Below are positions 19,992 through 33,480 of a stretch of DNA of 64,000 bases, in pieces (the stretch's first letter is position 1; each line of letters opens with the position of its first letter). The stretch is from Amoebidium appalachense (Eukaryota; Protista; Ichthyosporea), in assembly GCA_963693365.1 (NCBI GenBank), contig CAVNZM010000002.1:17083615-17147614 (forward strand). Direction: 5' to 3'. The notes beneath the pieces are model-generated. The model saw only the letters and a list, made by a program, of their open reading frames with translations, had not been told where the DNA came from and ran no database searches. Both the position numbers and the translations under genes were made by a program.

Positions 19992-22189
19992 ATGCTTGCG
20001 TTTCTTACCTGTGTAGTGTTACTTGCGGGGCCTATCACTGCGGCCCCGCTAGCCCCTGTGAGGGTACCGAATGACAGGGCCAAGGCGATTGCCGACAACT
20101 ACATTGTGCGCCTGAATGATGACACGACCCTAACTCCGTCTGCCGCATCTGCCCTCCTGGACACTGTGGCCCAGAGGATAAACCATTCGGTAAGAAGCCA
20201 CCTCTTGATGTTGCAAGAGGTGGCATGTCCGAGCCATATATGCATGGTCCGTGACATGCGCACTACAGCCCAGCGGTAGTTTTAGATGGATAGTGCACTC
20301 GATCCATTGCATTATTGTGGGGTCATAGAATGTACAGTATTCAGCTTGGTACCCCGGTGCCCAAGGTTTTTTTTTTGTTTTTGTTTTTTGTTTTTCCCTC
20401 TCTATATACTGTAAAAGGTCAAAGCAAAATCCATTACATAGATGGATAGTGCACTCGATCCATTGCATTATTGTGGGGTCATAGAATGTACAGTATTCAG
20501 CTTGGTACCCCGGTGCCCAAGGTTTTTTTTTTGTTTTGTTTTTTTTGTTTTTTTTTATAAAAACCCCTCTCTCTATACTGTAAAAGGTCAAAGCAAAATC
20601 CATTGCATTCAGTGTGAATGTTTCCCAGGTGATACAGTACATCGCCTAACCGTTTGCACTCTCCAACCAACAGGCAAAATCCAAGATGCCCAACATGGGA
20701 GCCATGTCCATGGAGCTCACACCCATCCAACTGGCCATGCTGAGGGGCGACTCGAACGTAGCATACATTGAGCAGGACCAAATCGCAACCATTTCAAGCA
20801 CCAGCTGGGGTCTTGATCGCATTGACCAGCACTTCCTTCCCCTGGATGGCGCAAACAACTACAATGGGTTGACTGGTGAGGGTGTGGATGTGTATGTTGT
20901 GGACACTGGCGTCAGCATGTTGCCAGATTTTGGGGGCCGTGTGCAACAAGTATGGACGGCGTATGCCAACCATACGGACGAAAACGGCCACGGTACACAC
21001 TGCGCAGGCACCGTTGCATCTGCAACATACGGCGTTGCTAAGAAGGCCGATATTAAGGCTGTGCGTGTGCTCGATGCCTCGGGGTCTGGCTCCTACTCTG
21101 CAATCATCTCTGCCCTCGACTTTATTGTCAGTGCACGAAACACCTCTCGCCCAAGTGTTGTGTCCATGTCGCTGGGTGGCGGCTACTCTCAGACACTCAA
21201 TGATGCTGTTGCCCGTCTTACCACGGCTGGTATTATTGCCGTAGTGGCTGCAGGAAACTCCGCACAGGATGCATGCACGTTCTCCCCTGCCTCTGCCCCC
21301 ACTGCGCTCACAATTGGAGCCACCACGAGCACTGATGCAATGGCATCGTACTCCAACAACGGCACATGTGTCGATCTGTTTGCCCCCGGCACGTCCATCA
21401 CTAGCTGGTGGTACAACGGCACTGCAAAGACTATTTCGGGCACGTCTATGTACGTATTCCCTCCCTCCCCCCTCCCCCCCCCCCCCCCCCAAAAAAAAAA
21501 CCCCCCAAGCCCCCCAAACACACACACTGTTTCACACACACACACTCACATCCACTCACTCACTCACTCACTCACTCACAATCCTCTTTTTCATTTTCTT
21601 GATGTTACATGTGTTGTATAATCGTTTTGTACTTTGCTTTCTGTTCAACTATGTGTTAATTCTCCACCATCCCTCATCCACATGTAACCGACACTAACAC
21701 ATGCATCCCCCTCACAGGGCCACACCGCATGTTGCCGGTACTGCAGCTCTCTACCTGCAGGCATTCCAGTCAGCCAGTGTTGCCGATGTGCGCACTGCCC
21801 TGGTGGGTGGAGGCACTAGTGGCGTCATCACTGGCCTGCCTAGCAACACCCCAAATGTGCTGCTCTATGCTAAGTTCAGCACCCAGCAGACCACCACCAC
21901 CACCACTACTACTTCTACAACCACCCCACCTCCCACGACCACCACCACCACCACCACCACCACCACAACAACAACAACACCTCCTCCCACCACCACCACA
22001 ACAACAACAACAACAACAACACCTCCTCCCACCACCACCACCACCACCACAACAACAACAACACCTCCTCCCACCACCACCACCACCACGCCCCCTCCCC
22101 CCACAACCACCACTACCACCACCACCACTAAACCCCCCACCACCACCACAACTGCTGTAAAGACAACAACAAAGAGACCAAAGAAGTAA
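19992..22189 (+). CDS. Secreted subtilisin-like serine protease (S8, proteinase K type) with I9 propeptide and Thr/Pro mucin-like tail; exons 19992-20189, 20674-21449, 21718-22189
   Basis: Signal peptide MLAFLTCVVLLAGPITA; propeptide NYIVRL...VAYIEQDQ; WGLDRIDQ; catalytic motifs VVDTG, HGTHCAG, AAGN and GTSM|ATPHVAG; TPNVLLY. Confidence 0.95.
20283..20608. repeat. Tandem duplication (about 156-bp unit, two copies) in subtilase intron 1
   Basis: TAGATGGATAGTGCACTCGATCC... starts at both 20283 and 20439; the copies differ mainly in T-tract length. Confidence 0.9.
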
Positions 22190-23039
22190 CACCACACATC
22201 TGTCCATAGTTATCTCGAGTCACGTGTAAGTTAGTAGGACCATCGAATACCGTATACAAAAGTTTCTTAGACTTTTTCGAATGATGAAAGCACGTGTTCA
22301 ATCTGAATATTGGACTGTAAATCTTATCGTTTATATGTGTGTGCGAGCAGCCTGGGACAACTTCTATGACTCACAAAGGCAGAGAATTTTTTAAAACTGA
22401 GTCTATAAAGGTTTACGACTATTTCTATAAATTAATGACTCAGTTCCCGCAACCACTGGCTGGCCAGGGAGCAAATTATCTGAATGAATAAATTAACCAA
22501 TCAAAATTAACAACGCAGATTAAGTCGTCATTCCAGGGTCGCAAATGAATCCCTCCCCCCTTCTCTCTCTCTCTCTCTCTCTTCCCCCCCCCCCCCCCCC
22601 CCTCCTCCCCCGAAAGTCTCAAGTGTGTGGGAACAGACACCACCAGTCAAAAAGCCTTGTTTCTTTATGTTACGTTTGGGCACGCATACACAAACACACG
22701 TGTACACATGTGTTATTTGGCTTTTTTATCGTTTGTCCCTGTACATACCGGGTACAGCGGTGCACACGTGCACACGCAACGCGCCGTGACGTTTGTGCGC
22801 ATATGCACAACCACCGCAGCATCGAACATCCCTGCTACCTCTTGAGGTAGGTAGCTTTTATTTTTCAAGGCCGACAAAACTTTCCTTCCGAAGCGAATGA
22901 TTGCGTGCCAACTCATACCCTTGAAATATAGAGACAGAGTGGACTCGGTCATATGGCGGCTGAGGCCACAGTTGCACGTGGCAGCGAACAGCCGCAAATA
23001 TGTGGCTTAGACAAGACAAGCTTACATGTGACGACTGCA

Positions 23040-23365
23040 AACGTCCCCCCTGCCCCTCCCTCCCTCCCCCCCCAAACAAAAAAAAAAAAACCCCCCAATC
23101 CCCAACCCTCTCCTCCTCCTCCCGAAGAAGAGGTGCAAAGTTTTTTGGGGGGGGGAGGGGGTTGGTGGTGTGTGTGTGCTCATCAGGTGGGGAGGGGGGG
23201 GGGGGGGGGGGGAGGGGGGGGGGGGGGTGGGAGGGAAGAGGGGGGGGGGGGGGGGGGGGCACCTTTCAAACACTTCCTTTCCCTTTTTCTTTTTTTCACC
23301 CCCCCCCCCCCACCTCCTCCCCTCTCCCCCCCTCCCGAAAAAAGGTGCAATTCTGCACTTTTTAT

Positions 23366-23416
<51 letters not shown>

Positions 23417-23578
23417 GGTGGTGTGTGTGCACGTGTGTGTGTGATTGTTGTTCGAAATTTGGGGGGGGGGGGGGGGGGAGGGCATCTTTCAAACACGGCC
23501 TTTCCTTTTCTCCCCCCCCCCCCCCCCCCTCCCCCGCCCCCTCCCCCCTGTTCCCGAAAAAATGTGCAATTATTCCTT

Positions 23579-23609
<31 letters not shown>

Positions 23610-23751
23610 ATGGAGAAAACAGCAAAACCAAAGGCCGTGTTTGGAAGATGCCTCCCCCCCCCCCCCTCCCCCCTCTCTCTACACACACACACCACCAACA
23701 CCTCCCCCTCTACTCCCCCCCCCCTCTGCTCCCCCTCCCCCCTCCTCCCCC

Positions 23752-23803
<52 letters not shown>

Positions 23804-24060
23804 ATTACTGCACCTCTTTAGGGCCAGGCGGGAGAGGGGGGGCAGGGGGCGGGGGGGCGAAGAATTGGGGGGTGAAAAAAGAAAAATGAAAGGCCGTGTT
23901 TGGAAGGTGCCCCCCCTCCCCCCCCCCCCCCCCCACCCCTCTCTTTCGAACAACACACCCGTCACACCACTTGAACCCCCCTCCAGCCTCCCACAAAGAA
24001 AGAAAGAAAAAAAAAAAAAAAAAAAAAAAAAAGAATAATTGCACCTCAGCTCGGGGGGGG
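23040..24060. mobile_element. Foldback-like element: arrays of short motifs separated by poly-G/poly-C, inverted about a centre near 23600
   Basis: Left arm has GGCA(C/T)CTTTCAAACAC twice and (A)GGTGCAA-type motifs three times. Right arm has the reverse complements AAAGGCCGTGTTTGGAAG(A/G)TGCC twice and TGCACCTC twice. Confidence 0.65.
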
Positions 24061-24824
24061 GAGGGGGGAAGGAAAATGGTTGGGCCCGGGTGACCCCTTC
24101 CTTTCAAAGGGCCCTTGTCAGCCCTCCAATTGTGGATTGGTAATGTTCACCTCCACAGCCATTTCACCGGCTGTTTGGTTTCCTGGCCGGCCGGGGTGCA
24201 TGCTGACGTCACTCTCCTGTCATCGGCCTTGGCACGGTGACACGTGGCCACACCCCCGTACACGTGGCAATGGGCACTGATGGCCCTGACACACACATCA
24301 GTGACGACTAAAAATAGACTCTTCATCAGCAGGATGGCCGTTGCTGTCACTCTTCACGGCCAGCCACGCGTACGGAGCTCGGTTGCACTTTCCCGTGGTT
24401 TGAATTTGCCCGGGCTAGTCGTTCGTATTGATCAACGGTCAGCCAGGTACACGTGAACCGTGCATGTTATTTGACAGTCAGCACCACGATACAAAGAAGA
24501 AGCGAGGCAATGTGCCATCAGCAAGGCACCGTGTGTGAGCATATGCATCGGTAGGGGGGTATAAAGGCCAGACAAGAGCAGGCACATGCCAGTTGTTATT
24601 GCTTTAGTTCGAGTGTGAAGATGTGGTCTGTTATACTCTTACTTTTCTGTTGAATTTTCTTGTTGATGCCTGTACAGGCTACTCTTGTTTGATCAATGAG
24701 CAAGATTTACAAGGGGTGGGAGTCAAAACGCCGCTGAGGGAACAGATTTTTGAGGAGTCGGTACTTTGTTGAAGTGCCTTTGCTGCATCGTCTTGTTATT
24801 CCGAAGTTTCCCGTTTTCTTTTCC

Positions 24825-24859
<35 letters not shown>

Positions 24860-25265
24860 GGTCCCCAGCCCTCGTAAACGTTTTCAACACACTTTTTGAC
24901 ATCATAGAGTTTCTGGCAACTTTTTGTAACAGTACCGGACCTTTACAGGTGTTTAACGGAGTTTCGGACAGATAACCTTTTATCAAAGAGTTTCTAGTCT
25001 CCCCCCCTCCCCCCTCCCCCCTCCCCCCTCCCCCCCTCCCCCCTTCCTCCCCACCTCCCAAACACACCTTTTCTTTTCCTGTTCTTTTTTCTGGCAAATG
25101 TTCGGGTCTATGGAGAGGCGTGTTCTGTGCTTCCATGTGTGCCGCCACCTGCAGGGCAAGAAGCCACCCTTTGTCCTCTGAACTCTCCACACGGCCAGCT
25201 GCTTCCCAGACACACATCCCGTTGACACGTGCACGGTCGAGGCACAGCAACACGTGTACACCACC

Positions 25266-26054
25266 ATGGGAAACGACCACAGCGCCCTCCCCCTAGACCG
25301 TTTCCACGACACGGAACGTGCTGGTCGCTTCCGGTGCCGTGACTGTGGGAAGGTGCCCTTCTATCCAATCGCAACAGAGTGTTGCACATCCGTCTACTGT
25401 CGCCCGTGGCTCGAGGAAAAAGCGGCGGAAAATGGCGGGATATGCCCTAATTGTGGTGAAAAATTTCAGAGGCAGGGCAGGGGGGCACCAATTGGGTACA
25501 TCAACAATGACATGTGCAAGCTCATCTGGGACGAGTTCAACTCGTTGAAAATTCGCTGCAGCGCAAATTTGGGGTGTCCGGCGGTGGTGAGACTGGACGA
25601 GATATGCGCACATGAGGAAAAGTGCACCCATCCAACGGGGTTTTTTGGGTGGTATGATGCGAAAACCGCACACGCGCACACGTATGGAATCAAGGCAAAG
25701 GAGGAAAATCAGAGTAATGCAAGCAATGGAAAGGGGAATATCAATGGGCAAACCAGGGCGGAACATACCGGAAAATCGAGATTTGGGACCTATGGTGCGA
25801 ATGGGCTTCTGAGGGGTTACAGCTACGGCGGTGATGAGAAGGGGGTTACATTCGGAATTCCAAAGTATATCAACGGGAGGGGAGTCAATGGAGATATGAA
25901 CGGAAATGGGCACCTGGGGAGGAAGAGCCACCCCGTGTACAACAGGAGTGTGAGTGTGAATGGTCTTAACGGGAAACATTCGAGCGGCGAGAAATTTGAA
26001 ATGGGGGGGTTCAAGGGAATAAGTGATACAGATGGGCCGGTGGGGGGTGAATAA
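25266..26054 (+). CDS. Intronless protein with degenerate RING plus TRAF/Sina-type zinc finger and a Gly/Asn-rich tail
   Basis: CCACCATGG start context. CRDC-x-CC-x-CRPW-x-CPNC followed by LKIRC...GC...HEEKC, the typical TRAF-family spacing. Confidence 0.75.
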   Translation: MGNDHSALPLDRFHDTERAGRFRCRDCGKVPFYPIATECCTSVYCRPWLEEKAAENGGICPNCGEKFQRQGRGAPIGYINNDMCKLIWDEFNSLKIRCSANLGCPAVVRLDEICAHEEKCTHPTGFFGWYDAKTAHAHTYGIKAKEENQSNASNGKGNINGQTRAEHTGKSRFGTYGANGLLRGYSYGGDEKGVTFGIPKYINGRGVNGDMNGNGHLGRKSHPVYNRSVSVNGLNGKHSSGEKFEMGGFKGISDTDGPVGGE

Positions 26055-26367
26055 TTCATGAATTTTTTTCAATCACCTTCAAAACAGTGTCGATACAGAA
26101 CAAATGACCTAGAACGGGGATTGCTAAGGAAGCGCACATTTTCATATCGGGTTTTCTAAGGTTATTTGGACCATCTCAGCGTATATATGCGATACCGCAT
26201 ACAGTTATTTCATTAGTAAGTGGAAGTATCAGCTTCGAGAGACTTTAATATGCGATTGATTGTGTTTAGGAATATTCCAGCTCTCTTTTTTTCTCTTCGC
26301 AGCGTTGTTTTGTGCGTGTCCAAGCATCTTTCCTTTTTCAAGGCGGGGGCTGGGTGGGTGGTTGTGT

Positions 26368-26419
<52 letters not shown>

Positions 26420-27573
26420 GGGGGGGGGGGGGGGAGGGGCGGGAAGGAAGGGGGGAGGGGGGAGGGGGGGGTATTAATTTTATCTCCACAAAGCCTACCC
26501 ACAAGGGTTATATGACGAAGGAGGTGAGAGTAAAAGAGGCCACAGCAACCACGCCCATGCATTCCTTAGTGTTATTTCGTATTTTGAATGATTTGTAAGG
26601 TTGGTTGTCAGGGGGGGAAAAACGACTTCAATGACAGTTTAAATGATTGGAACAAAACCAGACCCCTCCTACATATAGACGCAGTGGGCTATGGACACGG
26701 ATTGACTTAATGCACCGACTACTAATAACAGCATGAACCGAGTGTGCAGCCAGGGATGGTGGTCGTGGGAGTGATTTCTTTTTTGGGGGTGATGGGGGGG
26801 GGGGGGGGGGGGGTTAGATTTGGGTGGTGGTGGTGGTGGTGGTGTGGGGGGGGAGGGGGGGAGGGGGGGGGGGGGGGAGGGGGGCGGGAAGGGGGGGGGG
26901 GGGGGGGGGGGGGGGGGGCTGGCTCTGACAGAATTCCATTACAGTTTGCCAAATATTGATTAAGTGCCCTAAGTTCTTACCCACGGACATACCATGCAAT
27001 ATTTTTTGCCTGGAGGGATCCTTGAAAGACCACCAATAAAAAGGGCCCCGGGAGGAAGAGTCAAGAAATGCAAAAGGTGTGGAATAATTACGTCATCCCA
27101 AAAAGGGGGCGCTGAGGGGGGAAGGCCGAGGGGGGGGGGAGGGGGGGGGGGGAGGCGGAAGGGGGGGGGGCGGGGGGGGGAGAATAAAAATGTGGAATTC
27201 TTCCAAAAGTTTGCTTTCCGCTCCTCGCCATAACACACAGTTGGTCATTTGTGAGGTATTTGAAAGGAATGCCTGCCTCCAATAGGTTAAGGTCGACAGA
27301 ATCGATCTAATTGCTCAATTTGGCTTGATGCGATTGGATGAAGTTGTTCGATCGGATCTGATCTGCTTTTTCAGATCACGGAAACAGCTACCTGTTGCAA
27401 CTTGCCTGTGTGCACTGAAAAAGAGAAAAAAAAGGCGTGATAGATGATAAAACCAATGGGTGTGATATATGTGATTGTTGTGAAAACAACGAAACAAACA
27501 AAGACCTTGAATAAGTTGTTATATGGCATCGCTTTGGCCGCATGGACTAAAATTAATACTACACTACAACAAT

Positions 27574-27937
27574 AGACATGCTTTACCATGACACATTTTG
27601 TTTCGAATATATTAAGTATATCGCCGACCTGCCTAATCTGGTAAAATCGCGAAAAAGATATTCGAAATCGATATACTTTCGAATATCGTTCATATGAAAG
27701 GGCCAAAAGATTTCGACGGTAGTATAGTATATCTTTTTGTAAGATCGAATTTGATTGGACGTGTGCGGATCTATTGCGCACCATGGTCGGGTCGGCTGTT
27801 CGTGCGATCCTGCGATATACATTTTAGTTACTAAACAAAAAATGGTACGGTAAAATCGACCACATCAAATAGTATATGATAAGGGCAAGATATACTTATT
27901 ATATTCGAAACAAAATGGGTTATGGTAAAAGATGTCT
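27574..27937. mobile_element. AT-rich MITE of about 360 bp
   Basis: About 50-bp TIRs (AGACATGCTTTACCATGACACATTTTGTTTCGAATATATTAAGTATATC and its near reverse complement). Flanks fit either an AAT or a TA TSD. Confidence 0.85.
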
Positions 27938-28592
27938 AATACGGCTGCACCTTTTGGGGGGGGGAGGGGGGGGGGGGGGGGATGGGGTTGGGTGGGGGGG
28001 GAGGGGGGTCATGGAGCCTCCAGATTATAACAAGTTGGCTTTCTTTTTCAGCCCCCCCCCCCCCCCTCCCCCCCCCCCCCTCCTCCCCCACCCTTCCCCC
28101 CTCCCCCCACCCACCCACCCACCCCGCCTCCCCGGCCTGGGGGTAGAGGGTAAAGATATGTAAGACAAAGGATGCGAGCACACAAGCCCATTTGAACGCC
28201 CACCTCGTATGTATGTGGAAGAGTGTCTGTGTGTGCGCGTGCGGGTGGGCGGGTGTGTGCCGTGCCCCTTGTGTAGGTACGTGTTGGTGCATGTGTGTGT
28301 GTGAATTTGCAGCCTTGGAGGGTGCGTGCGTGTCTGGGTGTGTGTGCTGGGGACCGGGCCGGGGGGGGGGGGGGGGGGGGGGGGGAGGGGGGGGGAAGCG
28401 GAGGGAAGGGGAGGTAGGAGAAGTGGAGAAGAGGAAACAAACACTCTCTGCTGAATCCGAGCAATCAGCAGGTGGATGAAAATGAAGGTGGAGTGAATAG
28501 ATCTGTGGGTAGAGTGGGTGATTGGGTGGATACTTGCGTAGAATGGGTGCGTGGGGGCCTGGGGGTGCGTGGGTAGGTGTGTGTATGTGTGT

Positions 28593-28778
<186 letters not shown>

Positions 28779-29345
28779 AATAAGATAATACGGTTGGCTA
28801 TTCAAAGCTTTTCTCCCACTCTCATGCCGATTTTTTGTTCCTCCACACCACCCCACCCACCCGTGACCACCACAGCTTGCCCCCTTCTTCCCCCCCCCCC
28901 CACTCCCCCCCCCCCCCCCCCCTCCCCCCCCTTCCCCCCCCCCGCCCCTTCTCCGTTCCCTGGGCCCGTAATCTCAAACATTTTTTATGTTCCGACCAAG
29001 TAGAACGATGCATGCCCATGACTAAATATGGATCAACTACGTAGGCATCACCACAATCCGTTTTTGCTGCAGATTAGTGAATTGCACCACGTAGACCGGC
29101 CGTTTATGCTTTTAGTACTAGTAGTTGTAGTTGCCGCACATTCGATCTATGTAGTTCTGGCTATTGGGGGTTGCTCGCTGGAACCACAACCAGGCATAAG
29201 ATGTGTGGTATGGTGGCTGCACAGGCATACAGTGTAAGATAGGGACTCACCGCTCATACCCCCCTCCTCCCACCCACCCCGCTGCCGGTTTCTCAACCAA
29301 TTTTACACCAATAGCAAAGTCTCCGCTCGTGACAGCCCCCCCTCC

Positions 29346-29379
<34 letters not shown>

Positions 29380-30540
29380 CCCCCCCCTCTACCCCCCTAG
29401 CCCCCCCACCCTCTTAATCAGTCGGGGGGGGTGGGGGGGGGGGGGGGAGGGGAGGGGAGAGAGAGAGAGAGAGAGGGGGGGGGGGGGAGAGAGAGAGAGA
29501 GTGTGTGTGTGTGTGTTTGTGTATGTGTGAGTGAGTGAGAGAGAGAGAGAGAGAGGGAGAGAGAAAGGGAGGGTATGTCTTTGGAGCGCCTAAGTGATGA
29601 TGTTCAAGTCCCGGTACTCACCGGTTTTTTTTTTCTTTCCCGTTTTATGATTACCACCATAATGTCATCATTATTGCCGTTGCTCTGGGTCATGATATTG
29701 GCATGATACAGCGAAAATTTCAAAGAATGTAGTTGTTTTTTTAAAAAAATATTGCATAATGCGTTTCCAAATAGGCCTCCGCACCTACGTACACGGCCTA
29801 ATTCCGTCCCCGGGACTCTCCTGATGGAATGGGGGCGCTTTATTGCATAGCTATATGCTATAGCCTCGTATGATGGTGTCCCACGAGCTCCGTTAAACGT
29901 AAACGGTTGCGTGGGGGACGCTATATCGCGTGCCGGTTTCTAATTGATCAATAGAGGAAAAAGAATATGACATCCGCGGAGGAGGGGGGGGGGAGGGAGG
30001 GGGGGGGGGTTTGCAACCGGTTGGTGCTATAATTAGAGGAGATTGTAAAAATACGAGGGGGAGGTGGAAGCTCTAGTGCCCTCTTGACTTTTTTTACAGG
30101 GATAAAGATCTGATGGCAGTCCTGTGTTTCAACCAATCAAGCATAAACCACATTGTCCGGTTTTTCTTTTTTTTGTCTTTTTTGTGCAAACTTGTGTTGC
30201 ATTCAAAAGGCTAAAAAAACAATTAGCTAAAGGTTGCTGAATCGAAAACTGTCATCCTGGGGTTCCCCCACTATTGAGGGGGGTTTTACATTCAACCGAC
30301 GGTAGCTAATTGCTGTGGGTTCATAGTATTCCGTTCCACCTGACCCTAGCCTTATGGATTGAACCTGGGGAGCGCTTAAACGTGTGCTATTTTTTAGAAA
30401 ATTGTGGAAGAAATAGGTGGTGGGGAAAATTAGCTGGGGTGGGACTTGGCGGGTTGTGGGGGGAGGGGGTGAGGGGGGGGTTGTCGACACGAGGGGGGGA
30501 TGGGGGAGGGGGGTTTAGGTGGGTGGTTGGGGGGGTGCGG

Positions 30541-30680
30541 GGGCTCTATCGGGTGGCTGGGGCTGGGGGGAGGGGGGCTCTATCGGGTGGCTGGGGCTGG
30601 GGGGAGGGGGGCTCTATCGGGTGGCTGGGGCTGGGGGGAGGGGGGGCTCTATCGGGTGGCTGGGGGTTGGTCTATCAGGT
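30541..30680. repeat. G-rich minisatellite, 34-35-bp unit, about four copies
   Basis: GGGCTCTATCGGGTGGCTGGGGCTGGGGGGAGGG units start at 30541, 30575, 30609 and 30644. Confidence 0.9.
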
Positions 30681-31582
30681 GCACAGGCATGAGACAGGCC
30701 CCACCAGCCCCCTCGTTAGCATCTTCCCTCGTTGATGCCCCCCCCTCACCTTATGTGTGCCTAAACTTCACCGAGCTTTGCCATGCGCATGGCCTTGTTA
30801 CAACTGCTGCACCCCTTCACAGTCAGTGCTATTGGATGACGTCACCGATTGGCCGGCACTATGAAACTTGGCTCGAGCCGGACGATCCGGGTATAAGATA
30901 GGAAAGGATGGTCGTTCATCCCCGTAAGATGCCACGTGCAATCTCTGCCTTCAATAGTACCTCACGTGCTCCCTCAATTGTCTTTTTGTTTCCCTATTTC
31001 TTCTACTCAAAATCCAAAAGCCCCCCCCCCCCCCCCCCCCCCCCCCCATCCCCCCTCGCTCCCCCGCTGTCCCAATCAAACTCACACACATACAACCACC
31101 CACCCACCGGTTAGGTGCACCTACTACCCGTCGAAAATCCCTCTCCACCCCCTCTCCTCCCCTTTCCCCCTCTCTCTTTTCCCCAAGCGCTTCCTCCGAT
31201 ATGGACGGGATGCCGTAATGTATGAATGAGCCCCGGGGGGGGGGGGGGGGGGGGGGGGAGGGGAGGGGGGGGGAGGGGGGGGGAGGGAGTGGGGGGAAGG
31301 GGGGAAGTGAGGGGGAAGGGGGGGGGGAGGGGGGGGGAGGGGGCATTGAGGTTGATCATGCTCTTACTGGGGACATGCCTTCAAGTGAATAACTACATGT
31401 GCAGATGTCGTCCGTGATCAAGCACCCCCACCAACAATTATAAATAAGCCAAAAAACAAAAAAATATCAATAACATTCTAGCAAATTACGTTGCTCTTAA
31501 GAACATGCCACGTGGCCAAATCCCGGGGATGTTCTTATTGTTCGTCTGACCAAAAATTGTTAAATTATGCCCCCCCCCCCCC

Positions 31583-31617
<35 letters not shown>

Positions 31618-31928
31618 CGCCCCACCTGCCCCACAGCGTTTTGGCCCCCATCCCCCCCGCTCCCCTGCCCCCCTCTGCGGGGCCATCAATGAAGTAACCC
31701 CCCCCCCCCCCCCCCCCCCCTTCGGCTCCCTCTCCCCGGGACCTAGGTCACGCTCAGCTCCCCCCCCCCCCCCCCCCCCCCTCCCCTCCTCCCCCATCCC
31801 CTTGCCCCCCAACCCGGCACACACACACACACACACACACACAGGAGCCTTAGAAGTTATCACGTGACAGTGGCTGTTGGCAAAAACTTTCAGTTTCCTG
31901 GCCCCCCCCTTTTCTTTTTTTTTTTTTT

Positions 31929-31959
<31 letters not shown>

Positions 31960-32406
31960 GGGATGATCAAAGGCATTCTTATTTTGCGTATGGAAGTAGA
32001 TGGGCATATCAGTACAGTACATTAGTAATTGCTCTCAGTGCACATCACTTCTCATGCCATGGCCGCCATGTGTACCCACTGTGTGCACAGTTGAAGATCT
32101 AGATGAACACGCAACATCGCTGCTGAAGGGAGGTTGGCACGTGAATATCCTATCACGATTCCTCAAAGACTTCACAGAAACCCCTCCCTCTACTACATGC
32201 GCAGTGACCATTGTCATATTATTATTATCAAGGGGGAATAGGTGGGGGGGGGGGGGGGGGGGAGGGGAGGGGGGGGAGGGGGGGGGGAGGGGGGGGGTAA
32301 CCGGCAGTCTCAACCCGGTGATCCTAAAAATAGGAACGTTGTGTTGCAGATGGTCGTTCCTTATATCACGGGGTCTAACACATGGGTAATCGTATGACGG
32401 GCCTTA

Positions 32407-32731
32407 CCACATCAGCAAAGTCAACTTGCTGCGAACTGATTTATTCTGTAAAATCCAGAATTATTCTGCTTTTAGCGAAATGATTCAGGCTGCACTGAGC
32501 AGAACTTTTCTGCAAAACTTTGAAACTTATTCTGCTTTCGAAAAATTAGTCTTGCTCAAATTAGAGAATTATTCTGTTTGGAGAATGTTTGCTGCGCTAC
32601 CGTGAGCAGAATCATTCTGCCATAGTATTTGACGAAGAATAGCTCTGCTTCTGCAGAATAACTCAGCTTTGCAGAATAGTTCTGCTTTGCAGAATAATTC
32701 TGCTCGGAGCAATTTGATTCTGCTGATGTGG
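32407..32731. mobile_element. MITE with internal palindromic repeats
   Basis: TIRs CCACATCAGCAAAGTCAACTTGCT / CCACATCAGCAGAATCAAATTGCT. Interior has about 10 variants of GCAGAATWATTCTGC. TSD unclear. Confidence 0.8.
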
Positions 32732-32835
32732 TTCAGTCCTAGATGTACAAAGCCCGGTCGGAGTACTAAAGAAAGCTAGTAGTAGTTAGATGCCTAGTGG
32801 TTCAAGGAATAGCAACGCTGATAATATTCACGAGA

Positions 32836-33480
<645 letters not shown>

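Noticed and set aside
25293-26072. 259-aa minus-strand ORF
   Set aside because: Antisense shadow of the RING/TRAF-like gene.
28970-29720. Minus-strand GTGAGT donors suggesting a gene
   Set aside because: No coherent exon chain or protein motif could be built.
32407-32731. CRISPR-like repeat array
   Set aside because: Eukaryotic context, degenerate repeats, irregular spacing, enclosed by TIRs, no cas genes.
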